Shown here piece after piece: positions 27,524 through 40,386 of a DNA stretch of 64,000 nucleotides. The notes beneath the pieces are model-generated. The model was not told the DNA's origin. It did no database searches and saw only the letters and a program-made list of their open reading frames with translations. Source of the DNA: an uncultured delta proteobacterium (lineage in GTDB: Bacteria > Myxococcota > Myxococcia > SLRQ01); contig CAVSGM010000002.1 in the NCBI GenBank assembly GCA_963727485.1, positions 1,152,001 through 1,216,000 of the forward strand. Reading direction: 5' to 3'. Position 1 is the stretch's first letter; each line of letters starts with the position of its first letter. Made by a program: the position numbers and the translations under genes.

Positions 27524-30103
27524 CTAGTACTGCTGGGCCACCCAGGCGACGGCGTTCTCGAAGAAGACCGCGTCGTCGTCGACGGTCCACCCGTCGTAGA
27601 CCTTGGACGAGTCGCTCGCCGTCCCGTCGTCGGCGGTGGACGAGTCCCCGTGGACCACGAACCGCCCCTGCCCCAGGGAGCCCTGGGCGTCGAAGGTGCC
27701 CCCGGAGAGGGTGCTCAAGGACACCAGGGAGGCGTTGGCGGTGGTGTCGAGGGTCATGGTGCTGCCGTTCCAGCACCCGAGGGTGTGGACGGGGCCATAG
27801 GGGCCGTTGTCCACCGCCCCGTTGCCCGCGGCGCTGGCGGTGCCCGAGACGTTGTCCCCGGTGAGGTGCACGCCCCAGCTCGCGGTGCCGAAGAGCTGGT
27901 TGAGGACCTGCCAGGCGGAGTAGCCGCTGTGGTTCCGGTCGGCGCCGCCGTGGTCGCTGATGGCGATGAGGCCCCCGCCGTTCTGGACGAAGCTGTCGAT
28001 GGCCTGCATCTCCGAGGAGGTGAACACGTCGTTGGGCTCGGGGATGACCAGCACCTGGTAGTTGGAGAGGTCCTGGGCGGCGCTGGTGCCGTAGCTCAGG
28101 GTGCCGCCCGGGGGCAGGGTCTGGATGTCGTACTTCCCGGTCTTCACCAGGGCCACCCCGAAGCTCGAGTAGGCGCCCTTCCAGTCCGTGCCCGTGGTGG
28201 GGCTCGCCGGGGAGGGGGTGGGCATGTGGGTGTCGACGATCCAGTCGGCGTTGGCCGCCTGCTCGGCGTGGGCGTCGTCGAAGAGGACGTGCACGATGCC
28301 CCCACCGCCTCCGCCGCCCCCGCCGCCCGCGCTGACGTCGAGGGCCAGGGTCGCGTAGTGGGTGTGGGCGGAGGAGGCGCCGTAGAGGCGGACGCTGGCC
28401 CCGCTGACCGCGGCGGCCGAGGCGTCGGCGGCGAGGGTCACGGTGGTGTCGGCGCCGGCGGTCACCTGGGTGGGGCTGAAGGTGGCGGTGACGCCGGTGG
28501 GCAGCCCGGTGGCGTGGAAGGCGATGGTGGGCGCGGTCCCGCTGACCGTCGCGGTGTGGACGGTCACCGTGGTGCTGGCCCCGGCCGCCACCGTCGCCGA
28601 GGCGGTGGAGAGGCTGACGGTGAAGTCGCCGGGGGTCCCGCCACCGCCGCCGCCGCTCGGCGCGGTGTAGCTGCCGGTGAGGCTGACGTTGGCGAAGCTC
28701 TGGTAGCCGTTGAGCATCACGTAGTACGTCCCGGCCTGGACGTTGGAGATGGTGCAGGTCTCGGCGTTCCCGGCGACGTAGGGCCGGCAGTCGTAGGTGG
28801 AGAGGGTCGGCGCCGAGCCGAAGCGCACGTACATGTCCTCGTCGCCGCTGCCCCCGGCGGTGGTGAACACCAGGTTCGTGGCCCCGGCGGGGACGGCGAG
28901 GGTGTAGGTGGTCTGGCTGCCCTGGGCGCCGCTCACGCTCACGGCGACGCCGTTGGTGAGCGCGTTGCCGCCGCCGTTGCCGCCGCCGCCGCTGCTGGCG
29001 GTGACGGCCACGGTGAGCGCCTGGTAGTGGGTGTTGGCGGAGGAGGCGCCGTAGAGGCGGACGCTGGCCCCGCTGACCGCGGCGGCCGCGGCGTCGGCGG
29101 CGAGGGTCACGGTGGTGTCGGCGCCGGCGGTCACCTGGGTGGGGCTGAAGGTGGCGGTGACGCCGGTGGGCAGCCCGGTGGCGTGGAAGGCGATGGTGGG
29201 CGCGGTGCCGCTGACCGGCGCGGTGTGGAGGGTCACGGTGGCGCTGGCCCCGGCGGCCACGGTCACCGAGGCGGTGGAGAGGGTCAGGGTGAAGTCGCCG
29301 GGGGTCCCGCCGCCGCCGCCACCGGTCGGGGCGGTGTAGCTGCCCGTGAGGCTCACCCCCGAGTAGCTCTGGTACCCGTTGAGCATCACGTAGTAGGTGC
29401 CCGCCTGGACGTTCGAGATGGTGCAGGTCTCGGCGTTCCCCGAGACGTAGGGGCGGCAGTCGTAGGTGGAGAGGGTGGGCGCCGCGCCGAAGCGCACGTA
29501 GAGGTCCTCGTCGCCGCTGCCGCCGGAGGTGGCGAACACCAGGCCCGTGGCCCCGGCGGGGACGGCGAGGGTGTAGACGGTCTGGCTCCCCTGGGCGCCG
29601 CTGGCGGTCACCGCCACCCCGTTGGTCAGGGCGGTGCCGCCCCCGCCGCCGCTCGGCGCGGTGTAGCTGCCCTTCAGGCTCACGCCCGAGTAGGCCTTCC
29701 AGCCGTTGAGCATCACGTAGTACGTCCCGGCCTGGACGTTCGAGATGGTGCAGGTCTCGGCGTTCCCGGGGACGTAGGGCCGGCAGTCGTAGGTGGAGAG
29801 GGTCGGCGCCGAGCCGAAGCGCACGTACATGTCCTCGTCGCCGCTGCCCCCGGCGGTGGTGAACACCAGGTTCGTGGCCCCGGCGGGGACGGCGAGGGTG
29901 TAGGTGGTCTGGCTGCCCTTGGCCCCGCTGGCGGTCACCGCCACCCCGTTGGCGAGGGCGCCGCCCGAGGCCGAGGTCACCGCCGCCGAGGCCCCGCCGC
30001 TGCCCCGCCCGCCGGTGAGGGCCCCGCCGCCGCAGCCGGCGACGAGCACCGGGGCGACGAGGGCGAGGAGGAGTGCTGCCTGCTTGGGATTGAGGTTCCG
30101 CAT
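27524..30103 (-). CDS. Secreted lipoprotein with 3 PPC domains, 2 Ig-like repeats and a C-terminal GATase-like domain
   Basis: Lipobox VAGC; three GGSGDEDxYVRFG...YDCRPY...GNAETC units; C-terminal VLFDDAHAEQAANADW domain. Confidence 0.8.
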   Translation of the reverse strand: MRNLNPKQAALLLALVAPVLVAGCGGGALTGGRGSGGASAAVTSASGGALANGVAVTASGAKGSQTTYTLAVPAGATNLVFTTAGGSGDEDMYVRFGSAPTLSTYDCRPYVPGNAETCTISNVQAGTYYVMLNGWKAYSGVSLKGSYTAPSGGGGGTALTNGVAVTASGAQGSQTVYTLAVPAGATGLVFATSGGSGDEDLYVRFGAAPTLSTYDCRPYVSGNAETCTISNVQAGTYYVMLNGYQSYSGVSLTGSYTAPTGGGGGGTPGDFTLTLSTASVTVAAGASATVTLHTAPVSGTAPTIAFHATGLPTGVTATFSPTQVTAGADTTVTLAADAAAAAVSGASVRLYGASSANTHYQALTVAVTASSGGGGNGGGNALTNGVAVSVSGAQGSQTTYTLAVPAGATNLVFTTAGGSGDEDMYVRFGSAPTLSTYDCRPYVAGNAETCTISNVQAGTYYVMLNGYQSFANVSLTGSYTAPSGGGGGGTPGDFTVSLSTASATVAAGASTTVTVHTATVSGTAPTIAFHATGLPTGVTATFSPTQVTAGADTTVTLAADASAAAVSGASVRLYGASSAHTHYATLALDVSAGGGGGGGGGGIVHVLFDDAHAEQAANADWIVDTHMPTPSPASPTTGTDWKGAYSSFGVALVKTGKYDIQTLPPGGTLSYGTSAAQDLSNYQVLVIPEPNDVFTSSEMQAIDSFVQNGGGLIAISDHGGADRNHSGYSAWQVLNQLFGTASWGVHLTGDNVSGTASAAGNGAVDNGPYGPVHTLGCWNGSTMTLDTTANASLVSLSTLSGGTFDAQGSLGQGRFVVHGDSSTADDGTASDSSKVYDGWTVDDDAVFFENAVAWVAQQY
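28345..29955. repeat. Intragenic near-identical repeats (PPC x3, Ig-like x2)
   Basis: 28800-28922 is identical by eye to 29796-29918; the Ig-like block recurs at about 670-nt spacing (28371 / 29040). Confidence 0.85.
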
Positions 30104-30261
30104 ACGCCGTCTCCAGAGTCGATCGGGGTCGTGATTCTGGCGTGGCGGACGTCGTGAGCTGCGGGGCGCCCGTCGAAGCGGCGGTAGTATGCGCGCCCCA
30201 CCTGTCCTGTGAACGGTCGACTGACCGGTGTAAGGACAGTCTGCCCGGGCGGCGCCTGGTT

Positions 30262-32169
30262 TCAGGTCGCGGGTGTCGTCAAAGGCGACAGCGCTGTCGC
30301 CCCGTTGGCCGGGACCACCGGGGCCCAGCCGGCGTCCCGGAGGGCCGCGTGGGCGGCGGCCCGGCGCTCGGCGTGGACCAGGAGCACCACCTCGTCCCCG
30401 ACCCTGGGCGCCTGGCCGTCGGTGACCGGGGCGCTCTTTCCGCCCCGGCGCAGGACCAGTGGCACCACCAGCGCCTCCCGGGGCTTCACCCCGAAGGGCG
30501 CCGCCTCGGGCCCCGGGGTCTCCAGGCGCCAGCGCTCGGTGGCCACCGCCCCCCGGCGCAGGCGCGAGGCCCACTGGGTGAGGTCCAGGGCGGCGGCGAA
30601 GAGGAGCTCGGCCCCGAGCCCGTGGACCATCTTCCGGGTCACCCCCTCGAGCTCGTGCTCCAGGGCCACCCCCAGGCGCCGGACCTTCCCCTCGGCCTTG
30701 GCCTTCTGGGCGAACAGGAGGTTGACCTCCTCGTTGGCGGTGACCCCCAGGGCCCCGGCGCGGGTCTCGATCTCGGCCCGGTGGAGGGTGCGCTCCTCGA
30801 GGCCGTTGCCGAAGATCACCTTCAGGCCCTCGGTCTCGGCGGCACTCGCGGCGTCGGGGTTCGAGTCCACCAGCACCACCTCCTCGCCCCCGTCCACCAG
30901 GGCCTTCGCCAGGGCCCGGCCCACGTCGTTGGCCCCGAGGATCACCCACCCGGTGTCCTGGCGCCGGCGCACCCCGAGGAGCCGGGCCATGAGGCCCCCG
31001 GTGAGCCCGGCGACCACCACGGTCACCGCGATCACCAGGAACACCAGGGCCCGCAGCGCGTCGCCGCCGGGGATCCCCGCCCGGGCGAGCTCCTCGGCGA
31101 AGAGCGACGCCACCGCCGCGGCGACGATGCCCCGGGGCCCCATCCACCCGATGAAGAGCTTCTGGCGCACCGTGAGGTCGGCGCGGAAGGTGCCGGCGAG
31201 GACGCACAGCGGCCGCACCACCAGGATCAGCGCCGCCACCACCGCCAGCCCCGCCCACCCCAGGGCGGTGACCTCGGCGACCCGGACGTCGGCGGCCAGG
31301 AGCACGAAGAGCATCCCGATGAGCATCACCGTGAGCTGCTCCTTGAACTCCAGCAGATCCCGGTGGACCACGATCCGGGCGTTGCCCACCACCACCCCGG
31401 CGACGCTCACCGCGGCGATGCCGCTCTCGGGCATGATCACGCTGGCGACCTGGTAGAGGGCCAGCACCAGCCCCAGGGTGAACACGTTCTCCAGGCCCTC
31501 GGGCACCAGGCCCTTGAGCCGGAGCACCACCGCCAGAAGCGCCCCGCCGGCGAGGCCCATCACCGCCCCGAAGCCCAGGCGCGAGACCACCGCCAGGGCG
31601 CCCCGGGCCAGGCTCTCGCCGCTCGGCGAGAGGGCCACCTCCAGGGCCACCACGGCGATGATCGCGCCGATGGCGTCGATGAGCACCCCCTCGGCCTCGA
31701 GGACGGTGCCCACCTTGTGGATCACCTTCACCCGGCGCAGCAGGGGGTTGATGACCGTGGGGCCGGTGACGATCACCAGGGTCCCGAAGAGGATCGACAT
31801 CCGCCAGGGCCAGCCGAGGAAGAGCCGCGCGGCCAGGGTCCCGCCCACGGCGGTCACCACCGCCCCCAGGGTGATGAGGTCGCGGATGGCGATTTGCTCG
31901 CGCCTGAGGCGCCGGAGGTCGAGGTTGAGGCCCCCCTCGAAGAGGATCACCGCCACCGCGAAGCCCACCAGGGTGATGAGGGCGCCGCCGAGGACGTCGG
32001 GGCGGACGAGGTTGGCCACGTCGGGGCCGAGGACCACGCCGGTGGCCAGGAGCAGCACGATGCCCGGCAGCCGCAGGTGCCGGGCGACGGCCTGGGCCAC
32101 GATCCCGGCGGCGAGCGCCAGGGCGACGGTGAGGGCGGGGTGGCCGAGGGCGGCCGGGGCGTGCTCCAT
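30262..32169 (-). CDS. Cation:proton antiporter (CPA1/NhaP-type) with TrkA-N domain
   Basis: VILFEGG, VTGPTVI, EGVLIDAIG, MGPRGIVAAAV; C-terminal ILGANDVG. Confidence 0.9.
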   Translation of the reverse strand: MEHAPAALGHPALTVALALAAGIVAQAVARHLRLPGIVLLLATGVVLGPDVANLVRPDVLGGALITLVGFAVAVILFEGGLNLDLRRLRREQIAIRDLITLGAVVTAVGGTLAARLFLGWPWRMSILFGTLVIVTGPTVINPLLRRVKVIHKVGTVLEAEGVLIDAIGAIIAVVALEVALSPSGESLARGALAVVSRLGFGAVMGLAGGALLAVVLRLKGLVPEGLENVFTLGLVLALYQVASVIMPESGIAAVSVAGVVVGNARIVVHRDLLEFKEQLTVMLIGMLFVLLAADVRVAEVTALGWAGLAVVAALILVVRPLCVLAGTFRADLTVRQKLFIGWMGPRGIVAAAVASLFAEELARAGIPGGDALRALVFLVIAVTVVVAGLTGGLMARLLGVRRRQDTGWVILGANDVGRALAKALVDGGEEVVLVDSNPDAASAAETEGLKVIFGNGLEERTLHRAEIETRAGALGVTANEEVNLLFAQKAKAEGKVRRLGVALEHELEGVTRKMVHGLGAELLFAAALDLTQWASRLRRGAVATERWRLETPGPEAAPFGVKPREALVVPLVLRRGGKSAPVTDGQAPRVGDEVVLLVHAERRAAAHAALRDAGWAPVVPANGATALSPLTTPAT

Positions 32170-32220
32170 CCCCTGCAAGGTAGGCCGCCCGGGGCGCCGG
32201 GGCAGCCCGGGCGTGCCCGC

Positions 32221-32562
32221 CTAGTGCCGGACCTCGGTCACGTCGAAGTAGAGGTGCAGGTCCGCCTCGCAGCGCAGGCACTCGGCGTGGGCCACCCGGA
32301 GGGTGCCGTCGGGGCCCACCACGCTCCCCTCGGACAGGGGCACCAGGGTCCCGCCGCAGTGGCAGCGCACCCCGTGGAGCACCTGGTCGATCTCGTCGAA
32401 GCGGGTGACGTGGACCGGGTTCTCCGGGGAGCGGCCCGGGGCGTCCTCCCAGGCCTTCTCCCGGGCCTTGCGGGCGAAGCGCCGGCCGAGGAGGAAGCCT
32501 CCGGCGGCGACGGCCGAGAGGACCAACAGGCCCGGGACCACGGGAAGGCGGGACATCGACAT
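32221..32562 (-). CDS. Small membrane-anchored protein with CxC...CxxC motif
   Basis: N-terminal TM; RCHCGG and ECLRCE. Confidence 0.6.
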   Translation of the reverse strand: MSMSRLPVVPGLLVLSAVAAGGFLLGRRFARKAREKAWEDAPGRSPENPVHVTRFDEIDQVLHGVRCHCGGTLVPLSEGSVVGPDGTLRVAHAECLRCEADLHLYFDVTEVRH

Positions 32563-32573
32563 CGCCTGAAAGG

Positions 32574-33356
32574 TTAGCGCAACGCCCCGGTGAGGGCCAC
32601 CCGGGCCGCCTTCAGGGCCCGGCCCACCGCCGGGCGGGCCTCGACCGGGAGGGGATCCTCCGCGGTGAGGGTCGCCTCGTCGAGGATCTCGGCCTGGTAG
32701 GCCGCCAGGGCCGGCTGGGGATCCCCGGCGGCGTCCGCCTCGGCGGGGGGCGCGGCGAGGGCGGCGCGGAAGGCCTCGGGGCGCGCCGGCCCCACCCGCG
32801 CCTCGCCGAAGGCCCGGCGGAAGGCCTCGTGGGCGATGACCAGCAGGCCCACGGCGATCTCCTCGGCCTCGGGGGGCGCGTCGGCGAGGTGGTCCCGGAC
32901 CAGGTCGAGGAGCGCCCCCTGGCGGTTCTCCAGGCGATCCTCGGCCCGGCGGCGCACCTTCTCGTCGCCCTCCACCAGGGTCCGCGCCGCGAAGGTGACA
33001 TAGTCGCCGGGGATCTCGGTCCCGTCGACGGCGCCCTCGGGGGCCTCGGGGAGGGGCCGCGGGCCGGCGGGGGCGTCCTGGAGGACCGGGAGCGCGCCGG
33101 CGGGCCGGGCGGCCACCTGGTCCCAGAGGCCCAGGAGGTTCGCGTAGAGGCGCGAGGCGGCCTCGGCGTCGGGGAAGCGCGGCTCGGTCTCGAAGAGCAG
33201 CGGGAGGATCTCCCCGGCGGCGGTGTCCGGGTCCTCCTCGAGGGCGGCCTCGAACTCGAGACGGACCTCGGCCACGGTGAGCTCGCAGCCGGCGGACGCG
33301 AGGAGCGAGGCGAGGGTCTGGTCGCCCTCGAAGCGATGGGGGAGGTCGCGGCGCAT
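32574..33356 (-). CDS. Hypothetical protein
   Basis: MRRDLPHRFEGD... acidic helical ORF with GC3 bias. Confidence 0.6.
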   Translation of the reverse strand: MRRDLPHRFEGDQTLASLLASAGCELTVAEVRLEFEAALEEDPDTAAGEILPLLFETEPRFPDAEAASRLYANLLGLWDQVAARPAGALPVLQDAPAGPRPLPEAPEGAVDGTEIPGDYVTFAARTLVEGDEKVRRRAEDRLENRQGALLDLVRDHLADAPPEAEEIAVGLLVIAHEAFRRAFGEARVGPARPEAFRAALAAPPAEADAAGDPQPALAAYQAEILDEATLTAEDPLPVEARPAVGRALKAARVALTGALR

Positions 33357-33404
33357 GGCGTGGGTGGCTATCCTGGTCCCCAGACCCCCGCGGGAGCAAG
33401 TGCC

Positions 33405-33965
33405 ATGGACACGGTGAGCATCGATACCGCCCGGCTCTGGATCTTCGTCTTCCGCGAAGGCGCCCTCTCGCCGGTGGGCCACGACCTGCGCCTCTCGGCG
33501 ACGGGCCTCGAGCTCGAGAGCGACGGGACGCGGTTTCGGGCGGCGGTGGACCTGTCCACCCTGCGGGTCGACGGGGTGATGCGCTCGGGGAAGCTCGACC
33601 CCCTCGGCCTCGACGAGGGGCAGAAGCACCAGGTCCTGGGGAACCTGCGCACCGGCGTGCTCCACCCCGACCAGCACCCCCACGCGGTCTTCGAGGGGGC
33701 GGTGACGAAGCGCGCCGGGGGCTTCGACCTCGCCGGCGACCTCGAGCTCGAGGGGCGGCGCCGGCCCCTGACGGTGCGCGTCCACGGGGGGCGGATCTGG
33801 CGCGGGGAGGTCACCCTCACCCCGAGCCAGTGGGGGGTGCGACCCTACCGGGCGATGCTCGGGGCGCTGCGCACCGCCGACCGGGTGGTGGTGCGCTTCG
33901 AGGTGGAGCCCCCGGCGGCGCTGCGGGCGGTCGCCGAGCCCGAGGCCGCCGCCGAGGCCTCGTAG
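33405..33965 (+). CDS. YceI-like lipid/polyisoprenoid-binding protein
   Basis: GHDLRL, GDLELEG, WGVRPYRAMLGAL pattern. Confidence 0.7.
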   Translation: MDTVSIDTARLWIFVFREGALSPVGHDLRLSATGLELESDGTRFRAAVDLSTLRVDGVMRSGKLDPLGLDEGQKHQVLGNLRTGVLHPDQHPHAVFEGAVTKRAGGFDLAGDLELEGRRRPLTVRVHGGRIWRGEVTLTPSQWGVRPYRAMLGALRTADRVVVRFEVEPPAALRAVAEPEAAAEAS

Positions 33966-35506
33966 GCGGGCGCCCGGGCGGGCACCCGGCCGACCCCGAG
34001 CTCCGAGAGGGCGGCGTCGAGGCGGGGGATCACCGTCTCCCGGGTGTAGCGGACCATGTGGTGGCCCATCACCGCGTGGGCCACCAGGAACGGCAGGTGC
34101 CCGGGCTGCTCGGCGACGACCCGGCGCACCAGGCGCCGGTACCCGGGCCCGGCCCGGCGATCGAGGCCCACCCGGGCGGCCACCCGGAAGAAGGTCGCCA
34201 CGTCCTTGGCCATGGGCCGGCGCCGGCCGGGGACCGGGGGCGCCAGCGCCAGGTGACGCTCGACCCGCGCCCACCAGGCGTCCTCGGTGTAGAGCCCGGC
34301 GAGGAGGTCCCGGTAGCCGGCGATCAGGGTCGCCTCGTCCAGGGCCGGGGTGAAGTTGGGGCGGGCGAAGGCGTCGCCGGTGGCGGTGTCGGCGTCCTCG
34401 CGCAGGCGTCCCTCGGCGGCGAGGCGACGCCAGAGGGCGGTCCCCGGGAGCGCCGTGAGGATCCCCACCATGGCCAGGGGGATCGGCGACGCCTGGATGA
34501 AGCGCCGCTGGGCGGCGAAGACCTCGGGGCCGTCGGTGTCGAAGCCCACGATGAACCCGGACATCACCTCCAGGCCCGCGCGGCTGAGGTGCTCGACGGC
34601 GTCGCCGAGATCGAGGCCGAGGTTCTGGGTCTTGCCCGCGCACTTCAGCGACGCCTCCGACGGGGTCTCCAGGCCCACGAACACCGAGGAGAACCCGGCG
34701 CCGGTCATCGCCCGGAGGAGGGCGTCGTCGCCGGCGAGGTTGATGGTCGCCTCGGTGTAGAGCTCGAAGGGGTAGCCTTTGGCCGCCTGCCACCTGGTGA
34801 GCTCGGGGAGCAGGGCGCGCACCTGGGGCCGGTTGCCGATGAAGTTGTCGTCGACGAAGAACACCGAGCCCCGGTAGCCGGTGGCGTAGAGGGCCGTCAG
34901 CTCGGCGAGGACCTGCGCCGGGCGCTTCACCCGCGGCACCCGGCCGAAGATCTCGATGATGTCGCAGAACTCGCAGCGGTAGGGGCAGCCCCGCGAGTAC
35001 TGGAGGCTCATGGAGGCGTAGCGGCCCGGGACGAGGAGGTCGAAGCGGGGGATGGGGCTGGCGTCGATCCCCGGGTGGCCTTCGCCCTCGAGGCGCGCCG
35101 GGCCGCCTTGGCGCAGGGCGGCCATCAGCTCGGGGATGCGCCCCTCGGCCTCGCCCACGAAGACCACGTCGGCGTCGGCGAAGGCCTCGGGCGCGGTGGT
35201 CACCGCCGGGCCGCCGACGGCGACGCGCCGGCCCGCGGCCTTCGCCCGGGCGACCGCCCGGTGCATCGACGGCGCCTGGATCCGCATCCCCCCGACCAGG
35301 ACCACGTCGGCCCAGGCGAGGTCGGCGTCGGTGAGGGGCTCGGCGTTGAGGTCGACCAGGCGGCAGTCGACCTCCTGGGGGAGGAGCGCCGCCAGGGTGA
35401 GGAGCCCCAGCGGCGGCAGGGAGGCTCGCCGGCCCGCGAGCGGCAGGCCGAGCTGGAACCCCCAGTAGGTCACGGGGAAGGCCGGGTGGATCAGGAGGGC
35501 GCGCAT
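33845..35506 (-). CDS. B12-binding-domain radical SAM protein (DUF4070 type)
   Basis: PPLGLLTLAA, SRGCPYRCEFC, FFVDDNF, GFIVGFD. Confidence 0.9.
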   Translation of the reverse strand: MRALLIHPAFPVTYWGFQLGLPLAGRRASLPPLGLLTLAALLPQEVDCRLVDLNAEPLTDADLAWADVVLVGGMRIQAPSMHRAVARAKAAGRRVAVGGPAVTTAPEAFADADVVFVGEAEGRIPELMAALRQGGPARLEGEGHPGIDASPIPRFDLLVPGRYASMSLQYSRGCPYRCEFCDIIEIFGRVPRVKRPAQVLAELTALYATGYRGSVFFVDDNFIGNRPQVRALLPELTRWQAAKGYPFELYTEATINLAGDDALLRAMTGAGFSSVFVGLETPSEASLKCAGKTQNLGLDLGDAVEHLSRAGLEVMSGFIVGFDTDGPEVFAAQRRFIQASPIPLAMVGILTALPGTALWRRLAAEGRLREDADTATGDAFARPNFTPALDEATLIAGYRDLLAGLYTEDAWWARVERHLALAPPVPGRRRPMAKDVATFFRVAARVGLDRRAGPGYRRLVRRVVAEQPGHLPFLVAHAVMGHHMVRYTRETVIPRLDAALSELGVGRVPARAPAYEASAAASGSATARSAAGGSTSKRTTTRSAVRSAPSIAR

Positions 35507-35609
35507 GCCCCGAAGATGGATCTCACCCTGGGGCGCGGCTCGTCACGGGTCTGTCATCAGGTGAGGACACTGACGCGGCGCGGCATCCCCGAGCCGAGGG
35601 GCCGCCGGT

Positions 35610-39311
<3,702 letters not shown>

Positions 39312-39392
39312 CGAGAGCCTTTCGTGAAGGCCCGCCGCGCGCGACGGACCCCGTGGCCTTGAGAGCCAGGGGATCGGATCGCGGATCGGCCG

Positions 39393-39472
39393 CGGCTCTT
39401 TAGCAGGAACTTCTTCAGCGTCCCCGCTGGGGGGACCCCGCGCCCCTGCAAGCAGCCACAAATCGGCGCGGG
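39393..39472 (-). ncRNA. SAM-II-type riboswitch with a hairpin inserted in L3
   Basis: P1 CCCGCGCC/GGCGCGGG, conserved GAUUU loop, UUGCAGG pairing with CCUGCUAAA, UGGCU/AGCCG; lies in the 5' leader of metH. Confidence 0.82.
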
Positions 39473-39502
39473 TGTATTCGTCTTGGGACCTACGATAGCG
39501 GG

Positions 39503-40053
39503 ATGCGGTCCCCAGTCAAGGCGGACGGGCCCCCGCCGCCCGGCGAGGCCCCGGGGCGCTGGCGCGGCTGGCGCTTCGGCCTCGCCGTCGCCGCCCTCAC
39601 CGGCGCCGGCCTCTTCCTGCGCCTGGTGTTCCTCGACCAGAACCCCCTCTGGTACGACGAGGCCTACACCTTCTACCTGGCCCACCAGGCGACCCTCGCC
39701 GCGCCGACTACCGGGCCGCGGTGCCGGTCCTCGAGGCGAGGCGCCGCCTCACAGAGCCGGTGCTCGTCTACCCCGGCCACCACCTGCGCCAGCTCGACTT
39801 CTACGGCCCCATCGCCTCGGCGGTGCCCCTGTGGAGCTCCGAGCCCACGCAGGACGCGGCGCGGATCGCCATCCGCCAAGGCGAGGTGCTCTGGCTGTTC
39901 GCCGCCACCGACGACGGGGGCGACCCCCAGGACGCAAAGCGGGTGCTCGAGGTCCTCGAGCGCCGCGCCCGGGTGACCTTCCACCAGGCGTTCTTCCACG
40001 TGACGCTCTACCGGCTGGTGGGCCGCCGCGGGCCGGCGGGATCGGCCGGCTGA
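39503..40053 (+). pseudogene. GT39/PMT-like membrane glycosyltransferase with its core deleted
   Basis: FLRLVFLDQNPLWYDEAYT N-terminus joined out of frame near 39700 to a DYRAA...PVLVYP C-terminal segment. Confidence 0.6.
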
Positions 40054-40353
40054 GGCGGCGGCGAACCCGGCGCCGCGGCCGATGGCGGTGTAGCGCTTGC
40101 AGGCCGCGGTCCCGAGGCTTCCGACCACCACCTCGTCCAGGTGGATCCCCACGCCGATCGACACCGGGCCCACCCCCTCGGGCCGGAAGTCGCGCACCTT
40201 GTCGAGGAGCGCCAGGGCGCAGGCCACCCCGAACTGGAGCTGGGTCGGGAGGACCACCGCCGTCCCCGCCCCGAAGATCGCGACGGCGCGCGCCATGACG
40301 ACCCGGTCGGAGAGCGCCTCCGGGCGCGGGTCGGTGCCGGTCCTGGCCGTCAC
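40050..40353 (-). pseudogene. Class III adenylate/guanylate cyclase fragment
   Basis: AIFGA...SIGVGIHLDEVVVGSLG...YTAIG; N-terminal catalytic half absent. Confidence 0.55.
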
Positions 40354-40386
40354 GGTGGACGGCCAGGGTAGGACGGGGCGGGTTGG

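Noticed and set aside
28345..29955. Repeats as a CRISPR array or mobile element
   Set aside because: In-frame coding domain repeats with no unique spacers and no cas or transposase genes
39320..39500. Cobalamin or SAM-I riboswitch before metH
   Set aside because: No B12 box or SAM-I core; the element fits the SAM-II pseudoknot instead
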